61,788 bases of DNA from Macrostomum lignano (taxonomy: Eukaryota), in NCBI GenBank assembly GCA_002269645.1, contig NIVC01004071.1:1-61788 (forward strand), given 5' to 3'. The first letter of the stretch is position 1. Each line of letters begins with the position of its first letter. A program made the position numbers and the translations under genes. Shown one piece after another: positions 1 to 12,858 of this stretch. The notes below the pieces were generated by a model. The model was given only the letters and a program-made list of their open reading frames with translations. It did no database searches and had not been told where the DNA came from.

Positions 1-336
1 AGCATTCCTAATATTGCCTGACCCACTTGAAGTACATGGAAGCCTGAACCTGAGGTGCAGAGCAGCCCAGCGCCGGCACACTTCAGTCTCAAGCCAAAGT
101 TCCCAGGGTTTGATTTCATCCCGCGTGCGGCCACTTTTATTTGGAGATTCGTGCAGTTCTCGCCAATGAGAGTCATTCCCAAAACCCTGGTTGCGTGCAC
201 ATGTCTGAAGATAGGAAAGTCAGAGTCGCTGTACACCGTGTGTACACATGCGTGCTCAGTGATTAAGTGGAAAAACCATGACTGCTTGACTCATTGGCTG
301 TGGGTTGACTGTCTCGCGTGAGTCCCTGAGCCCGCC

Positions 337-2674
337 ATGCCGCCGACCCGTTGCAGGCGCTAACGCTCTCACCGCAGCTCGCTGCTGGCGGCCCCATTGA
401 GGAGGACAGCCTGGCGCTGGCCTCCAACAACAACAGCAGCAGCACCAACAATGGCACGGTGAATGACAATGGCAATGGCACCCGGACTTCCCGCCAGGAC
501 CGGGGCGGCAGCGGCAGCAGCAGCAGCGGCGGTGGCAAGTCCTCGGCGGACGGCGCCATGACCAAGACGGTGGACCACACGATTCCCGACCGCTACGTGG
601 GCCTGATGATCGGCAAGGGCGGGGACTCGATCTCCCGGCTTCAGGATGACTCTGGGGAAGATCCAGATCAGCCCGGAGAGTGTGGGCGCTCAGCGGCCCG
701 TCACCATCACGGGGACGCACATGCAGATCGAGCTGGCCAAGCAGCTCATGGACATCGTGATCCAGAATGCCGAGAAGAACACCATCGCTTTCAACCCGTC
801 CGACCTGCCCAGGGGCCAGGACTACCTGGAGATGGCCGTGCCCGGGCCCAAGGTCGGCCTGCTGATTGGCAAGAACGGCGAGACCATCAAGAGCCTGCAG
901 GAGAAGGCCGGCGTCAGGATGTTCCTCATCCAGGACTCCAGCACCGCCACGCTACAGGAGAAGCCGTTGAGGATCACCGGTGAGGCATGAGCGGCTTTTC
1001 ATTTTTCCAGTTAAATCCGGCCTGCCCTGAGCAGTTTGGCACCTCGGGTGCTGTGGGGAATCCGGCCTGCCCTGAGCAGTTTGGCACCTCGGGTGCTGTG
1101 GGGAATCCGGCCTGCCCTGAGCAGTTTGGCACCTCGGGTGCTGTGGGGAATCCGGCCTGCCCTGAGCAGTTTGGCACCTCGGGTGCTGTGGGGAATCCGG
1201 CCTGCCCTGAGCAGTTTGGCACCTCGGGTGCTGTGGGGAATCCGGCCTGCCCTGATCAATCGTTGGAATGTCTCATCAGCTTTTACTAAGAAGAGTGAAG
1301 CTTTAGCCAATACGAAATGAGTACGAAATTACATAGATTAATAATATTTACTGATGTGGTTTCGGGAGCACTTATAGTACAACGTGCACTGTCAAGAAGG
1401 AAACTCCAACTTTATCTCTTCAAAAACATCGCGGCCCTGACCTGTCACCCAACAGGCCCATCTGACCGGCTGCAGTACGCCAAGGAGCTGGTGCTGGAGC
1501 TGCTCACTCAAAGGACGCCAAGGAGTTTCCGCCCGGCCATCGGAGCGGAAACTATGGCGATTCGTTCCGCGAGATCTCTGTGCCCCGCCGCTGCGTCGGC
1601 GTGGTGATCGGCAAGGGCGGCGAAATGCTGCGCAAGATCAGCCAAGAGACGGGCGCCCGGGTGCAGTTCCGCCAGGAGGGCCCGCAGGACCACGACCTGC
1701 CCGAGCGGCTGCTGCAGGTGGGCGGCAGCGAGCAGGCGGTGGAGCAGGCCTTCGGCCGGGTGCAGCACCTCATCAACGCCGTGATGACCGGCGAGATCCC
1801 CGTGACCGACAGGCCGCGCGCATGGAGAAGAAGACGGCGACGTACGCTGTGCCAGCGGAGAAGGCCGGCCTGGTCATCGGCAAGGGCGGCGACACCGTCA
1901 AGGAGATCAACAGAGTGTCCGGCGCCTACGTGTCCATCCAGCGCGACCAGCACGGCGCCCAGCGAGACTGGCCTGAAGGTCTTCGACATCCAGGGCTCAG
2001 CCAGCCAGATCAGCGAAGCTGTGCGTCTCATCTGCGAGAAGGCCGGCCTGCCGCACGATCAGCACTTCTCCATCACAGCTGGCGGCGGCTCCTCGTCTTC
2101 GTCGTCCGCGGCTGCCGCAGCCGCTGCCGCAGCCGCCGCTGATCCGACGATGCCGGCGCCGCAGTTCAACAGCCAGACAGGGCAGCTGGACTACAGCTTG
2201 GCCTGGGCCGAGTACTACCGCCGCCAGGGCATGAACGAATACGCCGATGCCATCCTGCGCCAGTCTCAGCAGCAGCCACAGCAGCAGCCAGCCGGCGGAG
2301 CCGTTGCTAATGACAACCAATGGCAACAGTGGCAGTCGTGGCAGAACGGCCAGTCTCAGCAGCCACAGCAGCAGCAACAATCGCAGCAGCAGAACGCGGC
2401 CTGGGCCTGGGGCTCTTCAAGTCAAAGCGGCAGCGGTGGCGGAGGCGCTGGCGGGAGCAGCGGCGGCGGTGGCGGCGGCTGGGAGCAGTCCGCTGGTGGC
2501 GGCCAGGGCTGGGGCGGCTCCTCAAACGGCTGGGGCGGCGGCAGCGTCGGCCAGTGGAACAGCGGCGGCGGTGGCGGAGGTGAAGGCGGCGGCGGCCAAA
2601 CGAGCAGCGGCTGGGGCGGCTCCCAGGACGGGCAGCAGGCGAACTGGTGGGACGCTACGCCCAGTGGGCGGTGA
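337..2674 (+). CDS. FUBP1: Far upstream element-binding protein / KHSRP / PSI-like (4 KH domains plus C-terminal DUF1897-type motif); reading frame interrupted by about 5 small indels
   Basis: Four GxxG KH loops (LMIGKGG, LLIGKNG, VVIGKGG, LVIGKGG) and the DYSLAWAEYYR motif. Exon 1 ~337-979 (donor GTGAGG at 980); exon 2 1456-2674 (acceptor CAACAG). Frame changes near 340, 655, 1510, 1821 and 1946, with no in-frame stops in the rebuilt frame. Confidence 0.85.
1014..1255. repeat. 45-bp minisatellite, ~5.4 copies, in FUBP intron
   Basis: Unit AATCCGGCCTGCCCTGAGCAGTTTGGCACCTCGGGTGCTGTGGGG. Confidence 0.95.
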
Positions 2675-2831
2675 GGGATTTTGCTTGCGCTGGAAGCCGG
2701 CACTGCTTGCTGGCGAAGGAAACAGTATGGGCTCCGCTAGGAAGCAGTGCGGTTTCAAGTGCGTTTCATGTGCACAAGCTTGAAGAGGAAACTCAAAATT
2801 TCATGAGTTTCCCACTTTACACGTAAGACTT

Positions 2832-3388
2832 ATCGGCCTCAATTTACATCAGACTCCAGCTTCATCGGCCTCAATTTACATCAGACTCCAGCTTCATCGG
2901 CCTCAATTTACATCAGACTCCAGCTTCATCGGCCTCAATTTACATCAGACTCCAGCTTCATCGGCCTCAATTTACATCAGACTCCAGCTTCATCGGCCTC
3001 AATTTACATCAGACTCCAGCTTCATCGGCCTCAATTTACATCAGACTCCAGCTTCATCGGCCTCAATTTACATCAGACTCCAGCTTCATCGGCCTCAATT
3101 TACATCAGACTCCAGCTTCATCGGCCTCAATTTACATCAGACTCCAGCTTCATCGGCCTCAATTTACATCAGACTCCAGCTTCATCGGCCTCAATTTACA
3201 TCAGACTCCAGCTTCATCGGCCTCAATTTACATCAGACTCCAGCTTCATCGGCCTCAATTTACATCAGACTCCAGCTTCATCGGCCTCAATTTACATCAG
3301 ACTCCAGCTTCATCGGCCTCAATTTACATCAGACTCCAGCTTCATCGGCCTCAATTTACATCAGACTCCAGCTTCTTCGGCCTCAATT
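2832..3388. repeat. 32-bp minisatellite, ~17 copies, downstream of FUBP stop
   Basis: Unit ATCGGCCTCAATTTACATCAGACTCCAGCTTC, nearly invariant. Confidence 0.95.
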
Positions 3389-5535
3389 TCATAATAATTA
3401 ATTGTGACAACATTCGTACATCTTTAAATTAAAAATTAAATTAAAGTTAAAATGTCAGCACCTTCTACAACTCTGAGTAGCTCAGTACGATCCAAGTTCA
3501 ACTCGACCCCTCAAATTTCAGGTAATGAGGAGGCCGGCCCGCCGCAGCTTCGCAAGCCGGTTCGCCGCTTTTTTCTTTGCCGTTTTTTTGTGTCGATTTT
3601 TTTTGCCTGACTGATTTTGCCGTTTCCTAGAAAGCGATTCACCCGTCTTGTTTTACGCGTCTGCCCCTTCCCCTCTTGCACTACTAGGCTTTAGCTGTCC
3701 TTTTCCCTCACTAATACTCCAGCGTCATATTCATGTATTATCTATTGATTATTGTGTTTTGTTTCTCTCTGCTTTGGTTTGGCCACAGATACCAAAACAC
3801 TCGATGGGCCTCTCCTTAAAGGCAAAATCTGGCTTTCCACTGTCTATGGCCAAGACCGAGCCGACAGCAGGTAGCGAAAGGCCTGCCTGCCTGCTGAGCA
3901 TCAGTTGAAGTTCTTATATCTGTATGCAACTGGCCTTGGCGACAGAGTCTACATAATCATCATTAATTGTGCGCGCCCAGTTTTTGCAAATTTGCAGCTC
4001 GTTTAACCTAATAATTGAGTTCTGTGTTAGTTTCCTTTGCGTCTGTTTTGTACTGCCCTTGCCTGTTGCTATAATAACTGCAGTCATTGCTGCTCCGGGT
4101 TCATTGTTCTCTTTTAAATGCTGCGCGTTGATTCCACCGTCAGGAGGTTTTGCTCACACTGTGGCCGCGAGCTCAGCTGTCTGCCTGTTAGTCTGATTTA
4201 TTGCTTGGTTTGCGTTTTTGTGTTTCTTTTCCTGCGATCCTGTCTGTTGTTTTTCCTTCTTTTTATCAAATCCTGTTTATACGTAGCCGCGAGTGCAGAG
4301 CCTGTCTGGTGTGCATGCTCGGATGCCTACTATTTATGATTTTTGTTATTAATGTTAATTGTCTGCGAGTGAATCAACAGTCGTGTCCTGCAGCTATCAG
4401 TAATCCTGCATTGCCATATTTGCGTCAAGTATGGAGTTAATACTTAGTCTTAATAATAATTAATAATATAGTGTTTAATTTTTTATTTAACTTTCCTTAA
4501 TTGTTGCGCTTTGAGTCCTCGGATAGCTCTGCTTCTGTTTTGCTTTGTAAAATTATCTACTTATTAAATTATTCTAATAGTTTACCTGTGCGCTACTAAG
4601 AGTAGATCTATTGCGTTATTGGATAGCGATTTTGTCATTCTTTTTGCCTATCGAACTCTGCGCTAGCGGGACTTACCTACAGTTACTACTGACCGAGGTG
4701 AGGTGCTTATTTAATCAATATTCAATAGTGCAAAGCTTCTCCGATCCTGTATAATTGCTTTATATTTTCAGACTGCCATCTCACTGTTCCTTCTCTGCAC
4801 TTTTGTTATGCTAGCTGCATTTGCGTCTAAGCTTATAATTACTATTAATTAATAATATAATAACTGTTACTATTGTTATACGCCACTAATGTGCTTGTGT
4901 TGTGCCCGCTCGCCTTGACGGCGCAGCGGTTTGTACTGGTCATCTCTGTGATGAAGGAGCCGCTCTCTGTTTCTTAGTTGAGTATTTCTTGTCCCGCTCG
5001 AACAGAATGCTGGAACAGCTGCATCATAGCGTAGCCCCGATAATGCATAACAAATAACAAAGACCGAATTTTAATGCGCAGAACAAAGACGAGTTCCCAG
5101 TTTGGGTGAATCAGAAAGAGGCCCTTCAAATAATGAGAAAAAGTTTATTCGCTTTGCTAAAATGTGCGAAATTGCGTCTGGGGCTTTGGATTGCACGCGC
5201 AGCTCGGGAAGCACATGCAGGCGAGTGAATGTGCATAGCAGATCCAATGGGATCGAACTCAAAATGATGGCTACTAAATAGTAAAATGTAACAGGCGAGA
5301 TGAGGGCCAGCAAGATGACTAAACACGAATAGCTAATGCCGAATAGGAATTTACAGAATTGAAAATAAAACTTGTAGGAAATTTATTTAACAGGTAAAGC
5401 TCGCAACTGACAACTACTCATAGTAAGCGCTTAGTACATGATGTAATGTAACTGTCGGCAAGTTTTAATAAGTGACACAAAATTCTGCTTCTCTTGCACA
5501 AGATTAATAAAGTTATTGTAACCTGCTGATTGAGT

Positions 5536-5743
5536 ATCTGCTAGATCCTACCTACCCACACCGATCTATCTGCTAGATCCTACCTACCCACACCGATCTA
5601 TCTGCTAGATCCTACCTTCCCACACCGATCTATCTGCTAGCTCCTACCTACCCACACCTATCTATCTGCTAGATCTTACCCACCCACAGTCCCACACCAA
5701 TCTATCTGCTAGATCCTACCTACCCACACCGATCTACATCTAC
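5536..5743. repeat. 32-bp minisatellite, ~6 copies, downstream of AGPAT stop
   Basis: Unit TATCTGCTAGATCCTACCTACCCACACCGATC. Confidence 0.9.
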
Positions 5744-5825
5744 CTGCCCAAGTATGTACCGCACAGCTAGAGCAACAGCAAGACAGCCGTCTCTTCTACG
5801 AATTCGGCGTGCAGCCAGGTGGACT

Positions 5826-8800
5826 TCAGTCCGCCTTGCAGTCGCTGGCAGCGGACAGCCGGCTGTACTCAGCGCTCATGGCGTCCCGAACTCGCTTTGT
5901 CAGGTCGGCGACGTCCGCCTCGGTCAGGCCGGCGGTGGGCAGCGGCTCCAGCACTGTGGCCTCCACTTCGCCCTGCTGGAACAGGCCCGACCGCTTCGAG
6001 TAGAAGGAAGAGTAGTTTGAGAACACGATGGGCACCACCGGCACCTGGCGATGGGGGCGGGAATGACGGCGGGATTATCCCACAGTGACATCATGAAAAT
6101 CCCAGAGTGACATAATGTTAATCCCAGAGTGACATCATGAAAATCCCAGAGTGACATCATGAAAATCCCAGAGTGACGGCAGGATAATCCCAGAGTGACG
6201 GCAGGATAATCCCAGAGTGGCGGCATGATAATCTCAGAGTGACATGATAATCCCAGAGTGACATCAGGATAATCCCAGAGTGACGGGCTGACGGCATGAT
6301 AATTCCAGAGTGACGGCATGATAATCCCAGAGTGTGACGTCAGGATAATCCCAGAGTGACGGCAGGATAATCCCAGAGTGACAGCATGATAATCCCAGAG
6401 TGACATCAGGATAATCTCAGAGTGGCGGCATGATAATCCCAGAGTGACATCACGAAAATCCCAGAGTGACGGCAGGATAATCCTAAGCAACGTGAACCAA
6501 AATCTGCACTATATTAAGACACGCTTAAGGACGCAGTCACAGGGGCACAAAACACAAGGTCCAAAAGGCAGCACGGCGGCATACAATTTAGGTCAGGCAG
6601 CCTCATAGCTGCATGGAAGTCTAATTCCATGTTGTAAGGGCCCGAGCTGCAGGGCTCATGCCGCACAGCCCAGCCCCAGCAGCAGCTCAGAGAACAGTTG
6701 CTCTCAAACGCCCCCGAGCTACTCGCAGATAACGTGCTGGGTGATATTGGCGCGCGAGCAAAGTTGAAAAAAAAGCAAATTTCTTATCGCTAGTGGGGCC
6801 GGCACGGCCTGCAGTTCAATGCCTGTTTTAACTGCTTTCTCAATGCAGTGCCAATGTCTTATACAGGCCTCAGAAAATGAAAATAGGATTTTGAGTTCAC
6901 GATGACCCATAAGCATCCGCGATGACCCAGAAGCATCTAGGATTACCCAGGGGAATTCAAGTTGACCCAGATGAATCCACGATGACCCAGATGAGTTCAC
7001 GATGACCCTAGTGAATCTACGATGACCCAGATGAGTTCACGATGACCGTTGTGAATCCACGATGACCCAGATGAGTTCACGATGACCGTTGTGAATCCAC
7101 GATGACCCAGATGAGTTCACGATGACCCTAGTGAATCCACGATGACCCAGATGAGTTCACGATGACCGTTGTGAATCCACGACATACATGCGCAACCTTG
7201 GGAATCACCCGGCCGTTTCTATTGGCAACACACACATGTAAGTCGCTATTGGCTGAGAGCAGTCACGTGACTACTATTCTGTCCAATAGCGACTTACGTG
7301 TGTGTGTGTTGCCAATAGAAACGGCCGGGTGAATCCCTAGGTTGCACCCAAGCATGATCCACGATGACCCAGAAGCATCTAAAATAACACAGATGAATGA
7401 ATCCACGATGACCCAGATGAATCCACGATGACCCAGATGAATCCACGATGACCCAGATGAATCCAAAAAAACCCAGATGAATCCAAAATGACCCAGATGA
7501 ATCCACGATGACCCAGATGAATCCACGATGATCCAGATAAATTCACGATGACCCAGATGAATCCACGATGACCCAGATGAATCCACGATGACCCAGATGA
7601 ATCCACGATGACCCAGATGAGTTCACAATGACCCAGATGAATCCACGATGACCCAGATAAGTTCACAATGACCCAGATGAATTCCGATGACTCAAACTAA
7701 TCCACAAAGGCCTAAACGAATCCCGCGGTGCCGCACCTGCGCCTGCACAGCCAGATGGAAGGCGCCCTTCTTGAAGTCGCCCAGGTCGGCGCCGGAGACG
7801 CGGGTGCCCTCGGGGAAAATCCACACTCGCACGGTGTCGTCCTGCCGGGCCATGCGGGCGGCCAGGCGGCGCATCTCGGCCTGGGCGGACTGGCGGCCCC
7901 TGGAGACGAAGACGCAGCCGCAGAGCCAGGCGGCCAGGCCGAACCAGCCGGCGAACATCAGCGACTTCTTGGCAACGATGGTGCACTGGTACGGCCACAG
8001 CAGGCCCACGCCCATGAGGTCGATGCTGGACTGGTGGTTGGAGACCAGCACGTAGCTGCCCTGCAGCTGCCGGAGCCTCGCCAGGTTGTTAACCCGGTAG
8101 CGAAGGCCATACAGCCAGCGGGTGAAGGCCAGCGTGGCCATGGGGTACCTGTGAGGTATCAATTAGGGAAGAATTATTGAACTCATGGGAATCTTATGGC
8201 TTTAGGATTATTGTAATTTTATGTAAAATGGCCTGTGGTGAAACCAAGTAGTCATGACACCTGATATTAGGTATAGAATTGATTTTCTCATAGTCTTAAA
8301 GGTATTCTTATTGCTTTCTTTATTGATTTTAAGGATCTAGAGAAGGCTACTTGTACTTTTATGACTAATAATAATGCGTATATTAAGTCAAAACAATGTT
8401 TTGAAGTGATTAATCTATTTATTTATTTACAGCTTTATATAAAATAATGATAAATCATAACATAAATTTTGGTATCAACCCAGTCATTCAAATAAGCATG
8501 AGCAAGGGTTGAAAAACTCTGGCCCATGGGCCACATGCAGCCTATAAAGCCTCTCTATTTGACCCTCATGTCCTTTGAAAATTTGTTCACAATAGCAATC
8601 CAGCCCACTCAATGTTTATATCTCTTCTCTTATCTCTCCTCTTCTCTCTACTCCTCTCTTCTCTCTTCTTTATTCTTTCTCTCTTCTAGCCTGCAGTCAT
8701 TCTTTAGATTAAGGGTTGGCAAACTCCAGCCTGCAGGCCAAATCTGGCCCATGACACCTTCAAGCCTGGCCTGCAACACTCTTACTAACAATGTAAAAGT

Positions 8801-11498
8801 AGCCCATAAATCAATTTTGTGTTGAAACATTCAACTTTATAAGTAAAATTAGCTTTCACACCATCATTCCTATAGTTTTAACTGTAAAGTTGTTGGTTAT
8901 AGCTTGTATTTGGTCTAATAATCTAAAATGGTCATTTATAGCCACAATTTATGTATTTTTGCTAGCCCATTGCCTTAGCTCAGTCTTCCAAGCTGGCCTG
9001 GACTGAAAAGTCTACTAACCCTTGATTTAAAGAATATATATCTAATAGCTATAAAATGGCAATAAAATCTATTGAGTTAAACATTAAACATTGAATGATA
9101 TGTTATACTAATAAGTTAAATTTTCTTAACAATAACAAAAGAATATGAAGTTAGTGCAATTAGCACAGTTTAAGAGCTTTGATGCTATTATATGAATTAA
9201 TGCATTGATATAATTATATATAATTCTTAATTCTTCCAATAAGCTTACAATCAATAACCAAAAAGCTTTTTTATATAAGCTAACTTTAGTCTTTGATAGC
9301 AAAAATATACTTTGATATATTTTATAACTTTATGCTTAATTTTCTATTATCAAAAAAGATTTTTTATATTGTTTTATTCAAACTAATCAGATTTACATAG
9401 GTTAAATAAAGGGAACAAAGTGATCTTTTTAAATAATATAATAATTTGAAAAAAAAGTGATAATTAGTACCTTTTTTGAGTATCCTTAACAACAAGTGAC
9501 ATGCTTAACATTGGATATACTAACATTAGCTTTAGATATTTTGCAAGACTTAATATTGTATAGGTCTTGGGATTCTAGGAAAATATTATGATTTCTATTT
9601 GTTGTGGCAGTGGCATTAAATGTTAAACATTAAATGGCATTAAATGTTAAACATTAAATGGCATTAAATGTTAAACATTAAATGGCATTAAATGTTAAAC
9701 ATTAAATGGCATTAAATGTTAAACATTAAATGGCATTAAATGTTAAACATTAAATGGCATTAAATGTTAAACATTAAATGGCATTAAATGTTAAAGCATA
9801 AAATGCATATCTATTAAAACAATGATAAAAGTAAAGGAAATTGTAGTTAAACAGAAATACTATTAGTATTGAGTAATTAGAATTATTATTATGTTATTAC
9901 AAATTGATAATATAATAAAAGGGCCATCATCACAAGTTGGGTTTCATTTTAGATTTTTTTGATAAAAACTGAGTCATTGAATAGTAACTGGTTGTTTCAC
10001 CTATAAACCTATAAATTTTGCCCCAGACCATTTTGCCCACAGAACTGTTTTGCCCATAGACTGTTTTGGCCATGGACCATTTCTAAACTTTACAATTTTA
10101 AACTTTATACTTTGATTCTAAATTTTGGTGACAAATCATACTCTTTAAGTATTTCTGGCTTTACCTTGCATGTAACCGAAACCTTTTCTCACCTTTTGAT
10201 TGTTAAAATTGGCTTTAATTGTCACACTTTCAAAAGGAATGACTTTTTAAAAAAAACTCATAATCATTAATTGTAATAAACAAAATTGCAATAATACAAT
10301 TGTTGTAGTAACCATTTAAATAATATTTTATTACACATTAAAACTAAAAAATAGCATTAAAAAAGAAAATAAAGATACATGTATGGTTGTATCTCTAAAT
10401 TATTTAATTACCATTTTGGCTGAAATGCCTGTAGCCAAACTGGTTTAAGGGCAAAATAGATAATGGGCAAAATGGTCTGGGGACAAAATGCCCATTGCTA
10501 AAATGGTTTGAGAGCGAAAAGGTTGACGGTCATTTCGTCTGCCGCCAGTTCGTCTGCCACCCTTTCGTCTGCAAGAATACAATACAGTCGTTTCGTCTAC
10601 CAACGAATAATAAAGTTTTAATAAGTGTAAATATGTCAGTTGATGTCATTAATTTGAGATTTGAGATATTTGAGATATATTTCTTAGTAATAATGACTTA
10701 AACGAGTAATTTCTGAATATTTTTGTTTATATTTAATAAACTACGCAATTGAATGAATTCAATGCATTTTGTCATGATATGGCATGACGCCATACTATCT
10801 CTTAACCGTCTCAAAGCTTCAAAGCTCAAAAGCAATTAGTCGAGTTAGAATTATTTTACTTATTATAAGTAAGTTACACGCGCAGAAATTATAAATCCCA
10901 TTCACAGCTCACTACGTAGATTCAATTAAAGCTTATATACGAATAATTGTATTTCTTGGAAACATTGCGATAGCAAAAATAAAATACAAATACATCTAAT
11001 TCTAAATCTAAAAATTACTAGTAAATTCTACTTATTAAAAATAAACTATAAATTAATTTCAGCCATTTATAAAACTTATTTTGCTACTTATTTTAAAAAG
11101 TCATTTCGTCTGCCGGCAGACGAAAAGGCGGCAGACGAAATGACCGCGCACCATTCATGGAATTCATTTAAATTAGTAGAAGATTATAATTATGCTCTTC
11201 ATCAAATAGGCAACAATCAAAATCATAAAACAGAAAAAATAATTCTAACTTGCTTGATTTCTATGATTTGCTTATTAACATTTATATGAGCAATGTGTAC
11301 ATACTTATAGTTGCTTAATTGGCGAGGTGTAGCCAGCGCAAGAACGGTTGTGATAAATCCATAAATAAGGAGCAGCATGTAGTAAACGGACATCTTTGTT
11401 CTGTATTGCCATGCATTTGGCAACATAGGGATGATAACAAAGAAAAAAGTAATAAAAATGAAAAGACAAGCTCCTAAATACTGCAGAATTATATACAT
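5826..11498 (-). CDS. AGPAT: 1-acyl-sn-glycerol-3-phosphate acyltransferase (AGPAT1/2-like), 3 exons, 274 aa
   Basis: Exons 11305-11498 (phase 2), 7737-8148 and 5826-6044 join in frame with GT-AG boundaries. Motifs NHQSSID (NHxxxxD), FPEGTR, FKKGAFHLA and VPVVPIV; hydrophobic N-terminus. Confidence 0.92.
6072..6482. repeat. ~22-bp variable minisatellite, AGPAT intron 2
   Basis: Unit approximately GATAATCCCAGAGTGACGGCAG, with variants. Confidence 0.9.
6898..7690. repeat. 20-bp minisatellite interrupted by a palindromic insert, AGPAT intron 2
   Basis: Unit GATGACCCAGATGAATCCAC at 6898-7182 and 7357-7690. Confidence 0.9.
7192..7345. mobile_element. ~155-bp near-perfect palindrome (foldback / MITE-like)
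   Basis: Arms GCAACC..CACCCGGCCGTTTCTATTGGCAAC..GTAAGTCGCTATTGG and its reverse complement, centred on AGTCACGTGACT (7261-7272). Confidence 0.7.
8703..9030. mobile_element. Decayed hAT-like MITE
   Basis: Left end TAGATTAAGGGTTGGCAAACT..GGCCAAATCTGGCCC resembles hAT/Charlie-type termini; imperfect inverted match at ~9010-9030. Confidence 0.35.
9612..9795. repeat. 24-bp AT-rich minisatellite, ~7.5 copies
   Basis: Unit GGCATTAAATGTTAAACATTAAAT. Confidence 0.95.
10015..10489. mobile_element. MITE-like element with ~25-bp TIRs
   Basis: ATTTTGCCCCAGACCATTTTGCCCA (10015-10039) and TGGGCAAAATGGTCTGGGGACAAAAT (10464-10489); subterminal TTTTGCCC motifs. Confidence 0.7.
10527..11146. mobile_element. 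MITE-like element with perfect 20-bp TIRs
   Basis: CGGTCATTTCGTCTGCCGCC (10527-10546) and GGCGGCAGACGAAATGACCG (11127-11146); subterminal TTCGTCTGC repeats; AT-rich non-coding interior. Confidence 0.8.
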
Positions 11499-11915
11499 TA
11501 CTGCACTCGGCAAGTTAAATGAGTCAAGAGACAGATGTTGCTCAAGCTTAAATATAATACTAGAAAGAAAAAACAGCTCTCATCCAAAAAATAGGTTTTA
11601 AAAACTTTAAAAAATGACTGAGTTCACTGATGACTTTCATAGAAAATCAAGAATTTAAATAATGTAACTAATATGTTTATCAATATAACAAACAATCCAT
11701 ACACTAAAGCTTAAGAATGTGAAGACTGTTAAATTAAGTAAACATAAATTTTTATGGTTAGTAAAGTTTTTAAATAATCAACTGTATTTATTTATTAGAA
11801 TTTTATTTATTTATTTCTGTACTTTGGCTTAAATTAGTTACAATCTAAATGGCGGTTACATATGACGGTGTACGTGCATCATTTGGTTACCTGAATTTCT
11901 TATATGGAAAGAATG

Positions 11916-12097
11916 GTTGCAATCAGGGGGGCTGGGGAGCGGGGGTGGTCGCCCCCCCCCCTAGGCGCGGAGACCCAAAAAATCAAAGGGGGACCAAGCG
12001 AATTTTCGCCAAAAACAGAGCCACCCCTCCGCCCCCCCTCCCGGGACTTTACCCTCCAGAATCCGCCCCCCCCCTTCAAAAAATTTCTGGTTGCAAT
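11916..12097. mobile_element. ~170-bp GC-rich non-autonomous element
   Basis: GC island bounded by GTTGCAAT-CAG (11916-11926) and CTG-GTTGCAAT (12087-12097) in AT-rich DNA. Confidence 0.55.
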
Positions 12098-12858
12098 TTT
12101 CCTAAGAGTATATTAAAAATTAAAAAATAGCAAAGTTGCTACTACCTACTCTTCGATTCGATTCAGTAAAAGGCAGCCAGAAATTTTCAGATGCAATTGC
12201 AGAACTAGCGCATTATATGTAGATTTTGCGTTCTTCTGTATCTCTATGAGTTAAATGTAGCTCTAAATGACTAAATCTAATGTAGCTATACATGTAATTA
12301 CTGATCTTGACTGCACCATCGGGATACACCGATTTGTCTCTTAATTGCTGCTGTTTTTTAGTCTTAGTCACACTATGTTCACGTTGTCTATGGGCAGTCG
12401 ATTGTTTAGTTAGAACACCGAACGGTAAACACTTTAGACGGAAGGAAGACGGGGACTTCCAATCATTCTCCATAGCCACAACCACAATTCCCACCCCACT
12501 GGTATATTCTGTGCACAAACCCAGCAAGCATGGCAGTGAGCAGCTCTTTAGGAATTTGGGTGGGTGGGGCCATTTCCCTACTAGATCTCGTCCTCAATTC
12601 AAAGCGAGGCGCTCACCACACGCAAACGGAAAAGAAGCTTGTCTGACCCAAACCGGTCTGAACCGGATCTGCCTTTCCCTCACCCCTTACTTTCAATCTT
12701 GCGCACTTCCATGATTCACGGCTAGGCGTGACTTGGGCAAATTGGCCCGCCCGAACTTGTACGCACAACCAATGTACAACTGTGTACATTCTTATCGGGC
12801 ATTTCCCTTCCCCAACGCGCGTTGCCATAAACAACGGTGGAAAATTCTAGAATCGGCC

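Noticed and set aside
12213-12527. FRLKCLPFGV resembling an RT motif
   Set aside because: Single short motif with no flanking RT motifs; insufficient support.
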